This document shows positions 6,821 to 16,294 of a stretch of 25,233 bases of DNA, in pieces. Numbering within the stretch: the first letter of the stretch is position 1; each line of letters begins with the position of its first letter. The stretch comes from a virus. Taxonomy: Duplodnaviria > Caudoviricetes. Where the stretch lies: IMG/VR virus record IMGVR_UViG_3300005804_000005, positions 1 through 25,233 of that record; one strand, written 5' to 3'. The position numbers and the translations under genes were made by a program. The notes beneath the pieces were generated by a model that was not told the DNA's origin, ran no database searches, and saw only the letters and a list, made by a program, of their open reading frames with translations.

Positions 6821-8530
6821 ATGGACGAACGCGCGAACGCCTATCTTGAGCGTTTCGGTCAGTTGAAGACGGCCCGGCAGTCCTGGGAGCAGACATGGGA
6901 CGAGGCCATTGCCTACGTGCTGCCGCGCAAGGGGTTCGGCACTGGTAAGACGGGCAGCAAGCCGACAGACAGCAAAAAGGCCGATTCCAGCAAGATTTTC
7001 AACTCGTCGGCCACCACAGCCATTCGCCGTCTCGCTGCCGGCATGCAGTCCGGCCTGACCAGCCCTATGCGTCCCTGGTTTCGGCTGACGCTGCCTGACC
7101 CTGATCTGGCTGCCAGTGCTGCCGTCAAGGGGTGGCTGCAGGCCGTCGAGAAGCGGATGTACCTGGCTCTTGGCAAGGGCGGTTTCTATGCCGCCGTGCA
7201 CGCCCTGTTCTCGGAACTGGCTGTGTTTGGCAATGCCTGCCTGTTCGAAGGCGAGTCCGACACTACGCTTCTCAACTTTCGCCCGTTCACCATCGGCGAG
7301 TTTTACCTTGCCAGTGGGCCCGGGGGGATCATCGACACCGTGGACCGTCTGACGTGGTGGACGGCCAAGGAGATGGTCCAGGAATGGGGCAACGCCTGCC
7401 CGAAGCGTGTGCTCGATTTGGCGGTGTCCCAGCCCTACGAATACAGCCAGGTGCTCCACGTTGTTCAGCCGAGATTCGACCGCGAGTCTGGAAAGGCAGG
7501 ATCGGAAAACATGCCGTTAGAATCGGTATGGATATCCTACGAGGACAAGGAAATCCTGGCCGAAAGCGGATTTCGCACCATGCCATACATGGTGTCGCGT
7601 TGGGACACCACCGGTTCCGAGGTCTACGGACGCGGCCAGGCTGAAGACCTGATCCCAGACATCAAGATGCTGATGGAGCTTGAGAAGACCCAACTTAAAG
7701 CCCTGCACAAGACAGCTGACCCGCCGCTGTTAGCCCCGTCCACGCTCAAAATGCAGGGCATCAACACCTTCCCTGGCGGCGTAAGCTACACCGACAACGG
7801 CGGCAAAGACGCCATGGGGCCGCTGTACCAGGTCAGCTTTGATGTGAAAAACGTCCAGGCCAAGATTCAGACCCTTGAAGAGCGGATCGCGCAGGGATTC
7901 TTCAATGACGTTTTCCTCATGCTGCTCCAGCGACCGAATATGACGGCCACCGAAGTTCTGGAGCGCAGCGAGGAAAAGATTCTCATGCTCGGCCCGGTCA
8001 TCGAGCGTCAGCAAACAGAACTGCTTGATCCGGTCATTGCCAGAACTTTCGACATTTTATGGAACCAGGGACGAAACATGAACGGCGAGATTGTCAATGA
8101 AGCCGCCGTCGTCATCCCTGACCCGCCGACCGAAATACAGGGCGCACCTATCAAGGTCGAATACATCGGCCTGCTCTCTCAGGCTCAGCGCATGGCCGGC
8201 GCTGATGGCCTCAATCGTTTCTTCCAGGCAGTCGGCCCCCTCGTGCAGTTGTCTCCCGAGTCCATGGACAAGCTCAACCTGGACGAGGCCATTGATCAAT
8301 ACGCCTCGAACTACAACGTGCCGGCCGAGGTCGTGCGCGCCGACGAGGAAGTCGCGAAGTCGCGCGAAGCCCGGGCCCAGGCCCAAGCCCAGATGCAGCA
8401 GGCCGCCAACGCCCAGCAGCAGGCCCAGACAGCCCAAACCCTTGCCGGTGCCGACATGAGCAGCCCGAATGCGTTGACGGCCATGATTGCCCAGCAGCAG
8501 GGGCAGCAGCAGGGAGGGCCGACGCAATGA
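6821..8530 (+). CDS. Portal protein (head-tail connector, T7 gp8 / BPP-1 type), 569 aa
   Basis: LAAGMQSGLTSPMRPWF, RW...GSEVYGRG, MTATEVLERSEEK..MLGPV..R...E.LDP motifs and a Gln-rich C-terminus. Confidence 0.95.
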   Translation: MDERANAYLERFGQLKTARQSWEQTWDEAIAYVLPRKGFGTGKTGSKPTDSKKADSSKIFNSSATTAIRRLAAGMQSGLTSPMRPWFRLTLPDPDLAASAAVKGWLQAVEKRMYLALGKGGFYAAVHALFSELAVFGNACLFEGESDTTLLNFRPFTIGEFYLASGPGGIIDTVDRLTWWTAKEMVQEWGNACPKRVLDLAVSQPYEYSQVLHVVQPRFDRESGKAGSENMPLESVWISYEDKEILAESGFRTMPYMVSRWDTTGSEVYGRGQAEDLIPDIKMLMELEKTQLKALHKTADPPLLAPSTLKMQGINTFPGGVSYTDNGGKDAMGPLYQVSFDVKNVQAKIQTLEERIAQGFFNDVFLMLLQRPNMTATEVLERSEEKILMLGPVIERQQTELLDPVIARTFDILWNQGRNMNGEIVNEAAVVIPDPPTEIQGAPIKVEYIGLLSQAQRMAGADGLNRFFQAVGPLVQLSPESMDKLNLDEAIDQYASNYNVPAEVVRADEEVAKSREARAQAQAQMQQAANAQQQAQTAQTLAGADMSSPNALTAMIAQQQGQQQGGPTQ

Positions 8531-8913
8531 CCTACGATAGCGATGTCCTGTCAGCCGAATCCGCCCGGGCCCAGGCCTCCGTGATTGATGCCGAGACCAG
8601 GGAGCGGCAGCTGCGCCAGGACTACACGCAGACCTTTCTAGATTCTCCCAGCGGCTGGCGCGTGCTGCAAGACCTCCTGGGGCAGACGGCCGTGCTTGGG
8701 GCCGCGTTCTCGGGCAATAGCCGCGACATTTACAACCAGGGCCGGCGGTCTGTGGGGATGCATATCCTGGGAGCCCTTGGGCTGGACTCTCCCCAGGGCA
8801 TGATGCTCGCCGCCATGCGCGGTGCGGTCCACGATCCGGACATGCGTCAACTTTTCGCCAAGGAAATTCAGGCAGCAACCCAGAAACTCAACGAGGAAGA
8901 TAACCATGACTGA
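8527..8913 (+). CDS. BPP-1 Bbp19-like protein, 128 aa
   Basis: F..SPSG.RVLQDL and NQGRRSVG motifs, positioned between portal and scaffold. Confidence 0.75.
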   Translation: MTYDSDVLSAESARAQASVIDAETRERQLRQDYTQTFLDSPSGWRVLQDLLGQTAVLGAAFSGNSRDIYNQGRRSVGMHILGALGLDSPQGMMLAAMRGAVHDPDMRQLFAKEIQAATQKLNEEDNHD

Positions 8914-9562
8914 TCCCAACACGCAGACTCCGACGCAGGGTGACACCGGAGCGGGTCCGCAGGGTGGACAGGCCGGGGACTCGACCCCGCAACAGCAGGG
9001 CCAACAGACGCCGCCGCAGGGTCAGACACCCCAGGCCGGCGACGCGCAGCAGGTCCAGCAGCAGGCGGGCGACAAATCCGGCGATACCGAGAAAGGCCAG
9101 AACCAGCAGGAGCAACAGGAGCCTGCCTACGTCTGGACCCCGCCCGAGGGCCTGAATGTCAAACTCGACGACAAGGCCGTGGAAGGGTTCAAAACCTTCG
9201 CCAAGGCCCAGGGCCTGACCCCGGAGCAGTTCCAGGCCTCCCTTGAGCTCTATTCCCGCCAGACTGCCGAGAGCTTCAAGGCTTTCGAGGCGGCCAATCA
9301 GGCCAACGTCGAGGCTTTGGCGAAGGAATGGGGCGGCGACTACGACAAGAACATCGGCATGGCCAAGAAGGGCCTGCAGGCATTCGCGGACAAGGACACG
9401 CTGAAAGTCCTGGAGCAGACCGGGGCCGCGTTCCATCCGTCCGTGGTCAAGATGTTCCACTCCATTGGCATGCGTCTGTCCGAAGACAAGGCCAAAGGCC
9501 AGGGCAATCCTGGCTCGGCCGGGGCTAAAACGCTGGCCGACACCCTCTACCCCCCCAAATAA
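8906..9562 (+). CDS. Capsid scaffolding protein, 218 aa
   Basis: Disordered Q/G/P/T-rich N-terminus, AKAQGLTPEQ, L.KEWGGDY and G..HP.VVKMF..IG..LSED motifs, directly before the capsid gene. Confidence 0.85.
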   Translation: MTDPNTQTPTQGDTGAGPQGGQAGDSTPQQQGQQTPPQGQTPQAGDAQQVQQQAGDKSGDTEKGQNQQEQQEPAYVWTPPEGLNVKLDDKAVEGFKTFAKAQGLTPEQFQASLELYSRQTAESFKAFEAANQANVEALAKEWGGDYDKNIGMAKKGLQAFADKDTLKVLEQTGAAFHPSVVKMFHSIGMRLSEDKAKGQGNPGSAGAKTLADTLYPPK

Positions 9563-9589
9563 TCATCAACACCATCGTGAGGTAAGCTT

Positions 9590-10585
9590 ATGGCTACTCT
9601 GGCTTCCAACTATGTGACTTTGGCCGATTGGGCCAAGCGGCTTGATCCGGACGGGAAGATCGATGCCGTCGTCGAACTGCTCGGCCAGACCAACCCCATC
9701 CTGGACGATATGCCGTTCGTCGAGGGCAACCTGCCGACCGGCCACAAGACCACGGTGCGCACCGGCCTGCCCTCTGCCACCTGGCGCATGCTCAACTATG
9801 GCGTCCAGCCGTCCAAGAGCGCGACCGCCCAGGTCACCGACTCGTGCGGCATGCTTGAGGCCTATGCCGAGGTGGACAAGTCCCTGGCCGACCTCAACGG
9901 GAACTCTTCGAGCTTCCGCCTCTCCGAGGACCGGGCTTTTCTTGAGGCCATGAACCAGACCATGGCGGCCACGATGTTCTACGGAAACACCGCCGTGAAC
10001 CCGGAACGGTTCCTGGGGCTGGCCCCGCGCTACAACGCCCTGTCCGGTGCTCAGTCCTCGGGCAACATCCTGTCCGGCTCCGGTTCGGGAAGCACCAACA
10101 CCAGCATCTGGCTGGTCTGCTGGGGCGAGAACACCGTTCACGGCATCTTCCCCAAGGGCTCCAAGGCCGGCCTGCAGCACGACGACCTGGGCGAGGTGAC
10201 CCTGCTCGACGCGGCCGGAGGCAAGTACCAGGGCTACCGCACCCACTACAAGTGGGACATCGGCCTGACTGTTCGCGACTGGCGCTACATCGTGCGCGTC
10301 GCCAACGTGGACGTGGCCACCCTGACCAAAAACGCCGCCTCCGGAGCCGACATCATCGACCTGATGACCCAGGCCATCGAACTGCTTCCCGAGATCAAGA
10401 TGGGCCGCCCTGTCTTCTATTGCTCGCGAACCGTGCGTTCGTTCCTGCGCCGCCAGATCGCCAACAAGATCGCCGCCTCGACCCTGACCCTCGATCAGGT
10501 GGCCGGCAAGCACGTCGTTTCCTTCGACGGCATCCCGGTCAACCGTTGCGACCAGATTCTCAACACCGAATCGGCCGTCAGCTAA
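9590..10585 (+). CDS. Major capsid protein (BPP-1 Bbp17-like), 331 aa
   Basis: TLADWAKRLDPDG, EGNLPTGHKTTVRTGLP, HGIFPKGSKAGL and FDGIPV.RCD motifs, strong codon bias, GAGGT RBS. Confidence 0.95.
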   Translation: MATLASNYVTLADWAKRLDPDGKIDAVVELLGQTNPILDDMPFVEGNLPTGHKTTVRTGLPSATWRMLNYGVQPSKSATAQVTDSCGMLEAYAEVDKSLADLNGNSSSFRLSEDRAFLEAMNQTMAATMFYGNTAVNPERFLGLAPRYNALSGAQSSGNILSGSGSGSTNTSIWLVCWGENTVHGIFPKGSKAGLQHDDLGEVTLLDAAGGKYQGYRTHYKWDIGLTVRDWRYIVRVANVDVATLTKNAASGADIIDLMTQAIELLPEIKMGRPVFYCSRTVRSFLRRQIANKIAASTLTLDQVAGKHVVSFDGIPVNRCDQILNTESAVS

Positions 10586-10595
10586 ACGCCAACCG

Positions 10596-10619
10596 CGGGG
10601 CCGGCTCCGGCCGGCCCCG
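10596..10619 (+). promoter_or_regulatory. GC-rich RNA hairpin after the capsid gene (attenuator or mRNA-stabilising element)
   Basis: Perfect 10-bp stem CGGGGCCGGC-TCCG-GCCGGCCCCG with no U-tract. Confidence 0.65.
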
Positions 10620-10632
10620 TATGGAGAATGTC

Positions 10633-11022
10633 ATGTACCTGGACAAGCAGCAGATGTTTTCCGAGGACCAGGCCGTAACCGCTTCGGCCGCTTCCACCAA
10701 CGTCTTGGACCTTGGCAGCGCCGACGCCGGCCGGTCTGGCCTGGAAATCTTCGCCCGCGTGTCGGAGGCCTTCAACAACCTGACCAGCTTGGGGGTCAAA
10801 CTGCAGACCGCCACCGACGCCGCCTTCACCACTCCCGTGGACATTCCCGCGCAGGAAACCGACCTTTTGGCCGCCCTGACCCTGAACAAGGAAATCATCA
10901 AGTCCAAGCTTCCGCAGGGCTGCCTGCGCTATGTGCGGCTCTACTTCACCGTGACCGGCACCGCGCCGACCACGGGCAAAATCACCGCCGGCCTCATCCT
11001 GGACCGCCAGGCCAACCCGTAG
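10633..11022 (+). CDS. Capsid cement/decoration protein (BPP-1 Bbp16-like), 129 aa
   Basis: MYLDKQQMFSEDQAVTASAASTNVLDLG and LRYVRLYFTV.G..PT.GKITAG motifs, GGAG RBS. Confidence 0.88.
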   Translation: MYLDKQQMFSEDQAVTASAASTNVLDLGSADAGRSGLEIFARVSEAFNNLTSLGVKLQTATDAAFTTPVDIPAQETDLLAALTLNKEIIKSKLPQGCLRYVRLYFTVTGTAPTTGKITAGLILDRQANP

Positions 11023-11032
11023 GAGGTGCGTC

Positions 11033-11245
11033 ATGCAGATGAAAGTTCGTGCCATTCGCGCATGCTACCTGAATGACCAGCTGTTCGCCGAGGGTCAGGA
11101 AGCCGTTGTGGACCTGCCCGAGGATCACCCCATGCTTGACCACTTTGAGGTTCTGTCCCCGAAGAAGCGCGCCAAGAAGGCTGGTCCTGAAGCCGGCCAG
11201 GACGGCGAGCCGGCCGGAGGCCAGGGCCAGGACGGCGAGCAGTAG
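11033..11245 (+). CDS. Small hypothetical virion-region protein, 70 aa
   Basis: AGGAGGT RBS, MKVRAIRAC.....EG pattern typical of small genes after capsid/cement genes. Confidence 0.75.
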   Translation: MQMKVRAIRACYLNDQLFAEGQEAVVDLPEDHPMLDHFEVLSPKKRAKKAGPEAGQDGEPAGGQGQDGEQ

Positions 11246-11260
11246 CCTGCGTAACGATCC

Positions 11261-11282
11261 GGGGCCGGCTTCGGTCGGCCCC
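11261..11282 (+). terminator. GC-rich C(UUCG)G hairpin, weak terminator or stabiliser between head and tail genes
   Basis: GGGGCCGGC-TTCG-GTCGGCCCC (9 bp, one G-U) followed by ATAAT, no clear U-tract. Confidence 0.55.
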
Positions 11283-11299
11283 ATAATCCGGGGATTCCT

Positions 11300-11860
11300 A
11301 TGGCCACTTCCATCATCGGCATCTGCAACGCATCCCTGCGCAAAATAGGCGCATCCTCTATCCTGTCGCTCGACGACGGATCAACGGAGGCCAAGCGCTG
11401 CGGCGAAGCTTTTGGCCCGTGCCTGGATGACGTGTTGCGCCAATACCCGTGGCCCTGTGCCGTGTCCCGCGCCATTCTGGCCAGGCTGTCCGAGCCGCCG
11501 GCGTGGGGGTACCTGTATGCCTACCAGCTGCCAACCGACTGCTTGCGTGTGCTGGAGACGTCCGGGGATGCCTCTGAGGACTACCGCCTGGAAGGGCGCA
11601 TGCTCCTCTCCAATGGAGAGTCTGTCTCCATCCGTTACATCGTCCGGATCACGGACATGAACCGGCTTTCAGCATCCCTGGCTGATACCGTTTCACTGCG
11701 TTTGGCCTACGAAATTGTCTACGCTTTGACGGGCAGCGCCACGCAGCAAGAGCTCCTTTACAAAATGTACCTGACAGCCCTGGCCAACGAGAAGCTTCTT
11801 GCCAACCAAGAGCAACGGCTGCCCCAGGAAGTCAATCCTTGGTGGGCTGACGCGAGATGA
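11300..11860 (+). CDS. Tail tubular protein A / adaptor (T7 gp11-like), 186 aa
   Basis: ICNASLRKIGA..I.SLDD.S.EA..C, W.CA and YAYQLPTDCLRV motifs. Confidence 0.88.
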   Translation: MATSIIGICNASLRKIGASSILSLDDGSTEAKRCGEAFGPCLDDVLRQYPWPCAVSRAILARLSEPPAWGYLYAYQLPTDCLRVLETSGDASEDYRLEGRMLLSNGESVSIRYIVRITDMNRLSASLADTVSLRLAYEIVYALTGSATQQELLYKMYLTALANEKLLANQEQRLPQEVNPWWADAR

Positions 11861-14217
11861 GCAAGGTAACTTACATCCAGAACAGCCTGACCGGTGGCGA
11901 GTTCTCGCCCCGTCTGGGCGGTCGGACCGATCTGGCGAAGTATGCAACCGGCGTCGCCAGGCTTGAAAATTTCGTGACCCTGCCCCACGGCGGGGCCACC
12001 AGGCGACCAGGGACGCGGTTTGTGGCTGCGGCCAAGCACAACGACAAGGCCTGCCGCCTCATCCCCTTCGAATTTTCCGCCGACCAGACCTATGTGCTGG
12101 AATTCGGCGAATCCTACATCAGGTTCTTTGCCGACGAAGGCCAGGTGCTGGGCGAAGGCTCAACTCCATACGAGATTCCTTCACCCTATGCGGCGTCCGA
12201 TCTTCAGGCGCTTGCTTATGCGCAGTCTGCTGACGTCATGTATCTTGTCCATCAGGGCTATCCTCCGATGAAGCTTTCTCGGGCAGGACATGCGGATTGG
12301 TCTTTGGATGCTGTGGAGTTCACGGATGGACCGTACCAGGATGAGAACAAAGACTCCGCCATTACAATCACGCCATCTGCCACGGGCGAACTGATAAAAA
12401 ACGGCGGATTTGACTCGAACATCAACGACTGGACAAGCTTTTCCGTGGCCCCGTCCACGACCGAATGGGATTCCTCGGGATGGTGCAATCTTATCGGAGA
12501 CGGAACCAACGTCGCCGGCATCAAGACCAGCTTCCCGGTTTCGGCCGGCATCACTTACCCGCTCACTTTCACGGTCAAGGCCGGCCCATTCTCGGTTAAG
12601 CTGGGCACGACGGATGGCGGCGGGGAACTGATTGCCCAAACGGCGTGCGGTTCTGGAGACCAGGAGTTCAAATTCACGCCTCCAGCGAGCGGGACGGCTT
12701 ATCTGCGGTTCTTCCACACCGCCGATGCGGCCATGGCCGTTGATTCCGTGTCCTGTCCGAACGAAAGCTCGACTTGCACCTTGACGGCATCCAGCGCTCT
12801 GTTTGAGGCCGGTCATGTCGGAGCCTTTTGGCGCATCAGGCACAATTCCGTGGTTGGCTACGTCCAAATCACTGGAGTGACTGACAGCACGCACGCCACC
12901 GCTAAAATCCTCTCCCCCCTGGGCGACACAACGCCAACATCAACATGGCGAGAAGGGGCCTGGTCTGATCTGCGAGGTTATCCTGCGGCGGTGACCTTTC
13001 ATGAATCCAGGCTCTGGTTCGGAGGCTCGCAGAACCAGCCGCAAACGATATGGGGATCAGCCTCCAGCGATTATGAGAATTTCACCCCGGGCGCGGAAGA
13101 CGCTGACCCAATCACCGTCGAGCTTTCCTCTTCCCAGATAAACAGCATCCGCTGGATTCGGTCTGGCAGGGTGTTGTTGATCGGCACCATCGGCGGCGAG
13201 TGGCGTCTTGGATCGTCCAGTTCGGACGCTCCCCTGACGCCCAGCAGCGCCTACGCCAAGCAGGAAACCACCTACGGATCGGCAGCCGTTGTCCCTGCCC
13301 AAACGGCCGGCGTCGTGCTGTTTGTTCAACGGTCAGGGCGTAAGCTCAGAGAGATGGCCTACGACTACAGCAGCGACGGGTGGGTTGCCCCGGACATGTC
13401 CATCATGGCCGAGCACATCACCGCCGGGGGCATCGTGGACATGGCATACGCCCAGGAGCCTGACAGTATTCTTTGGTGCGTGCGCGGCGATGGATTGCTT
13501 ATCGGCCTGACTTACAACCGGGCCGAACAGGTGGTCGGCTGGCACCGTCACCCCATGGATGGGAAAATCCTGGCTGTGTGCACGATATCTGCCGGAGAAG
13601 CCGACCAATTGTGGCTCGTGACGGAGAGAACAGTAGGCGGTGCGGCAAAACGCTATGTGGAGTTCATGACTCCACCGTTTGACACCCAGGAGCAGGCGGA
13701 CGCGATCTTCTTGGACTGCAGCCTGACCTACTCAGGACCGGCGGCGACGACCATTTCTGGCCTGGAGCATCTTGAGGGGCGCACCGTTAACATTATTGGA
13801 GACGGGGCGATCCTGCCGCCGCAGGTTGTTTTGAACGGAGAAGTCACGCTCCCCCGGGCCTGTTCCATGGTCCACATCGGCCTGCATTATGACTCAATCC
13901 TGAAGCCGTTGCGCATCGAGGCTGGGGGCGATGACGGCACGGCCCAGGCGAAGCTCAAACGGGTGTCGAAGGTGGCTGTCAGGCTGTGGCGAACCCTCGG
14001 TCTGCGCGTTGGGCTCGACGAGGACCACCTGCAGGACATCCCGTTTCGCCTTCCCAGCGACCCCATGGGCTCTCCTCCTGCCCTGTTCTCAGGGGACAAG
14101 GTTATTCTGAGCGGCCTTCCCTACGACCGGGACGGACAGTTCGTCATCGTGCAGGACAAACCAATGCCCATGACCGTACTGGCCATCATCTCAGAACTGC
14201 AAACGAACTCGCTGTGA
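11857..14217 (+). CDS. Tail tubular protein B / nozzle (T7 gp12-like), 786 aa
   Basis: QNSLTGGEFSPRL.GR.D, GGATRRPGTRFV, LIPFEFS, AQSADV, GYP..VTF.ESRLWF and EQVVGWHRH motifs. Confidence 0.92.
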   Translation: MSKVTYIQNSLTGGEFSPRLGGRTDLAKYATGVARLENFVTLPHGGATRRPGTRFVAAAKHNDKACRLIPFEFSADQTYVLEFGESYIRFFADEGQVLGEGSTPYEIPSPYAASDLQALAYAQSADVMYLVHQGYPPMKLSRAGHADWSLDAVEFTDGPYQDENKDSAITITPSATGELIKNGGFDSNINDWTSFSVAPSTTEWDSSGWCNLIGDGTNVAGIKTSFPVSAGITYPLTFTVKAGPFSVKLGTTDGGGELIAQTACGSGDQEFKFTPPASGTAYLRFFHTADAAMAVDSVSCPNESSTCTLTASSALFEAGHVGAFWRIRHNSVVGYVQITGVTDSTHATAKILSPLGDTTPTSTWREGAWSDLRGYPAAVTFHESRLWFGGSQNQPQTIWGSASSDYENFTPGAEDADPITVELSSSQINSIRWIRSGRVLLIGTIGGEWRLGSSSSDAPLTPSSAYAKQETTYGSAAVVPAQTAGVVLFVQRSGRKLREMAYDYSSDGWVAPDMSIMAEHITAGGIVDMAYAQEPDSILWCVRGDGLLIGLTYNRAEQVVGWHRHPMDGKILAVCTISAGEADQLWLVTERTVGGAAKRYVEFMTPPFDTQEQADAIFLDCSLTYSGPAATTISGLEHLEGRTVNIIGDGAILPPQVVLNGEVTLPRACSMVHIGLHYDSILKPLRIEAGGDDGTAQAKLKRVSKVAVRLWRTLGLRVGLDEDHLQDIPFRLPSDPMGSPPALFSGDKVILSGLPYDRDGQFVIVQDKPMPMTVLAIISELQTNSL

Positions 14218-14225
14218 GGACGCCG

Positions 14226-14672
14226 ATGTTGAGCGCTGAAGTCTACACCCCAGACCACGCCGCCGCGATCCGGCTTCGTGAAGCCGACCAGGCCTTCGTT
14301 GATGGCCTTGGCCCCATGGCAATCCCCATCGCCATGGGGCTGGCTCGACATCCCGGGATAACCCTCCTGGCTGACGGCCAGGTCGTCGCCTGCGGCGGTG
14401 TCGTCATTATTTGGCCTGGAGTTGGCGAGGCCTGGATGCGCACCAGTCATCTCCTCGGACGTTACCCAGTCGCGACATTGCGACTGACCAGGCAGTTCCT
14501 AGACGCCTCGGTCTCCTCTCTCAAGCTCCGCCGGCTGCAATGCACTGTCCGTTGTGGCTACGCGCCGGCCATTAAATGGGCCGAACGTCTGGGCTTCGCT
14601 TCGGAAGGCGTCCTGCGTGGATTCGGCCCTGACGGCGAGGACTACATCATGTTTTCGAGGGGGAACGCATGA
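14226..14672 (+). CDS. GNAT-like internal virion protein (T7 gp13-like position), 148 aa
   Basis: GAGGA RBS, ACGGV...WPGVGEAW and A.KWAERLGF.SEG.LR.FGPDG.DY motifs. Confidence 0.75.
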   Translation: MLSAEVYTPDHAAAIRLREADQAFVDGLGPMAIPIAMGLARHPGITLLADGQVVACGGVVIIWPGVGEAWMRTSHLLGRYPVATLRLTRQFLDASVSSLKLRRLQCTVRCGYAPAIKWAERLGFASEGVLRGFGPDGEDYIMFSRGNA

Positions 14673-16294
14673 GTCTGAACGTACCCGCCCTTGGGCGCGG
14701 CTATCGGCCACAGTCTCCGTCCATCCAGGTCAAGCACATGTCCCCCAATGCCGGCACTGCCTCGGCGGAAGCTGACCTGTTCGCCGCCGGGCAGAACGCT
14801 CAGCAGGCCAGGGAGATTGGCCAGGCCGGGGCCATGCTGTCAGCTGCAGGGGAAGAACTGGGGAACATCAACGCCAGGAAGATCAAGCAGGACGAATTCC
14901 TCTTTGCGAACAAGGCCGACGTGGCATTTCAGACGGCCGCAACGGACCATATGCTGGCGTTTGGCCAGGCTCTGACGGGAGAGAATACGGACCAACAGTT
15001 GGCTGACCTTGAGGGGAAGCTCGGGCAGACGAAGTCCGAATTGTTGGCCAACGCTCCCACGCCGGATGCCCAAAAATATGTCTCGGTGTCCCTGGATGGC
15101 TCAGCCGCAAAGGTCATGGCCTCAGCCAAGATGCAGGCCTGGAAGACACGCCAATCCTTTGGCCTCGATCTGACCAGTCAGAAGGACCAGGAGAACCAGG
15201 GCCGGGCACAGCGGGCAACTTCCCAGGATGAATTACAGGCGGCGCTTGGCGATATCGATAAAACATGGGCAGGAGCAGCCGCCACGGGCTTTGTCGCTCC
15301 CAGCGTAGCCCAGGCCAAGGCCACCGAAAGCAAGCAAAACGCTCTGGAGCTCAACGTCACAGGCCAGTTGACCAATCCTGCCACACGCCCCTGGATGATC
15401 AAGGCCTGGGAGGCCGGCGATTATGTGGGCCAGTTCGACAAGGAACGCCTGACGCGCTTGTCGCATCAGGTGACCGCATCCAAGCACGCCATGACTATGG
15501 ACGAGGACAGGGCTCAACGGAACGCTGCCGTGGAGTTGCAGGCCCAGCAGGACCAGAATTTCTACACTTTTTACTCCAAGCTTGGCTCTGGTGAATTTGG
15601 TCAGGCAGACGTGTCCACGGCCGTTGACCGTGGGGCCATCCGACCGGAACAGGGCCGGACGCTGCTCGACAAGATCACCGGGGCCGAAAACAAGTTCATA
15701 CCGGACAAGAACACGCAGTTGGACCTCATGAAGAAGTTCGCTGACGGCGAGTTGGACGACCAATCTATTATTTCCGCGTTCGCTGATGGTCGCATTGATG
15801 AATCCGAGGCCAAAAGCTGGATGGAAAAGAGCCGTAAGGTTGATGGCCGGGAGTCCAAGGACGCCAAAAGTAAAATAAAAGACCTTCTTATAACTACGAA
15901 GCCGAGCGACATGCGTCACGAGCAGCAGCTTACCGACTACAACACTGCAACAACAGAGATTGATCAACACATAGCCGAGGGCATGAAACCGCGCGAGGCC
16001 GCCCTTGAAGTGGCCAAGAAATACGCCCTACGTGTTCCGGTCGATCAGGCTACGCTAGGATATTACGGAGGCATTCCACCTGAAACGATAGACGATGTGG
16101 TTTCGGCCCAGGTCAAGATGGTCACAGATTTTCGGTCTGGTTCCATCGACCGCACCACGATGGCCAGCCTGGCCGCTTCGTTCAAAGACGCACAGCAAGG
16201 TATTCTCGACCGAGACAAGAAGCTCCAGAAACTGCGCGATATGTTTGGCGTTGATGAGACCGGGAAGACCAGGAAAAAGCAGGAGGTCCGGTAA
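14669..16294 (+). CDS. Internal virion / ejection protein (gp15-like), 541 aa
   Basis: Long Ala/Gln-rich helical protein in the ejection-gene position, ATGA overlap. No catalytic motif recognised. Confidence 0.65.
   Translation: MSLNVPALGRGYRPQSPSIQVKHMSPNAGTASAEADLFAAGQNAQQAREIGQAGAMLSAAGEELGNINARKIKQDEFLFANKADVAFQTAATDHMLAFGQALTGENTDQQLADLEGKLGQTKSELLANAPTPDAQKYVSVSLDGSAAKVMASAKMQAWKTRQSFGLDLTSQKDQENQGRAQRATSQDELQAALGDIDKTWAGAAATGFVAPSVAQAKATESKQNALELNVTGQLTNPATRPWMIKAWEAGDYVGQFDKERLTRLSHQVTASKHAMTMDEDRAQRNAAVELQAQQDQNFYTFYSKLGSGEFGQADVSTAVDRGAIRPEQGRTLLDKITGAENKFIPDKNTQLDLMKKFADGELDDQSIISAFADGRIDESEAKSWMEKSRKVDGRESKDAKSKIKDLLITTKPSDMRHEQQLTDYNTATTEIDQHIAEGMKPREAALEVAKKYALRVPVDQATLGYYGGIPPETIDDVVSAQVKMVTDFRSGSIDRTTMASLAASFKDAQQGILDRDKKLQKLRDMFGVDETGKTRKKQEVR

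Noticed and set aside
8906-9120. Gln/Gly/Pro-rich quasi-repeats in the scaffold N-terminus (similar low complexity in the portal C-terminus)
   Set aside because: Ordinary low-complexity regions expected for these proteins.
10252-11022. Possible -1 frameshift fusing capsid to cement (T7 10A/10B style); the -1 frame is open across the capsid stop and a hairpin follows
   Set aside because: No canonical slippery heptamer near the capsid end, the cement gene has its own RBS and ATG, and open alternate frames are common in GC-rich DNA.
11195-11240. 16-bp direct repeat GGCCAGGACGGCGAGC at 11195 and 11225
   Set aside because: In-frame duplication encoding GQDGE twice in a disordered tail, with no sign of a DNA-level function.
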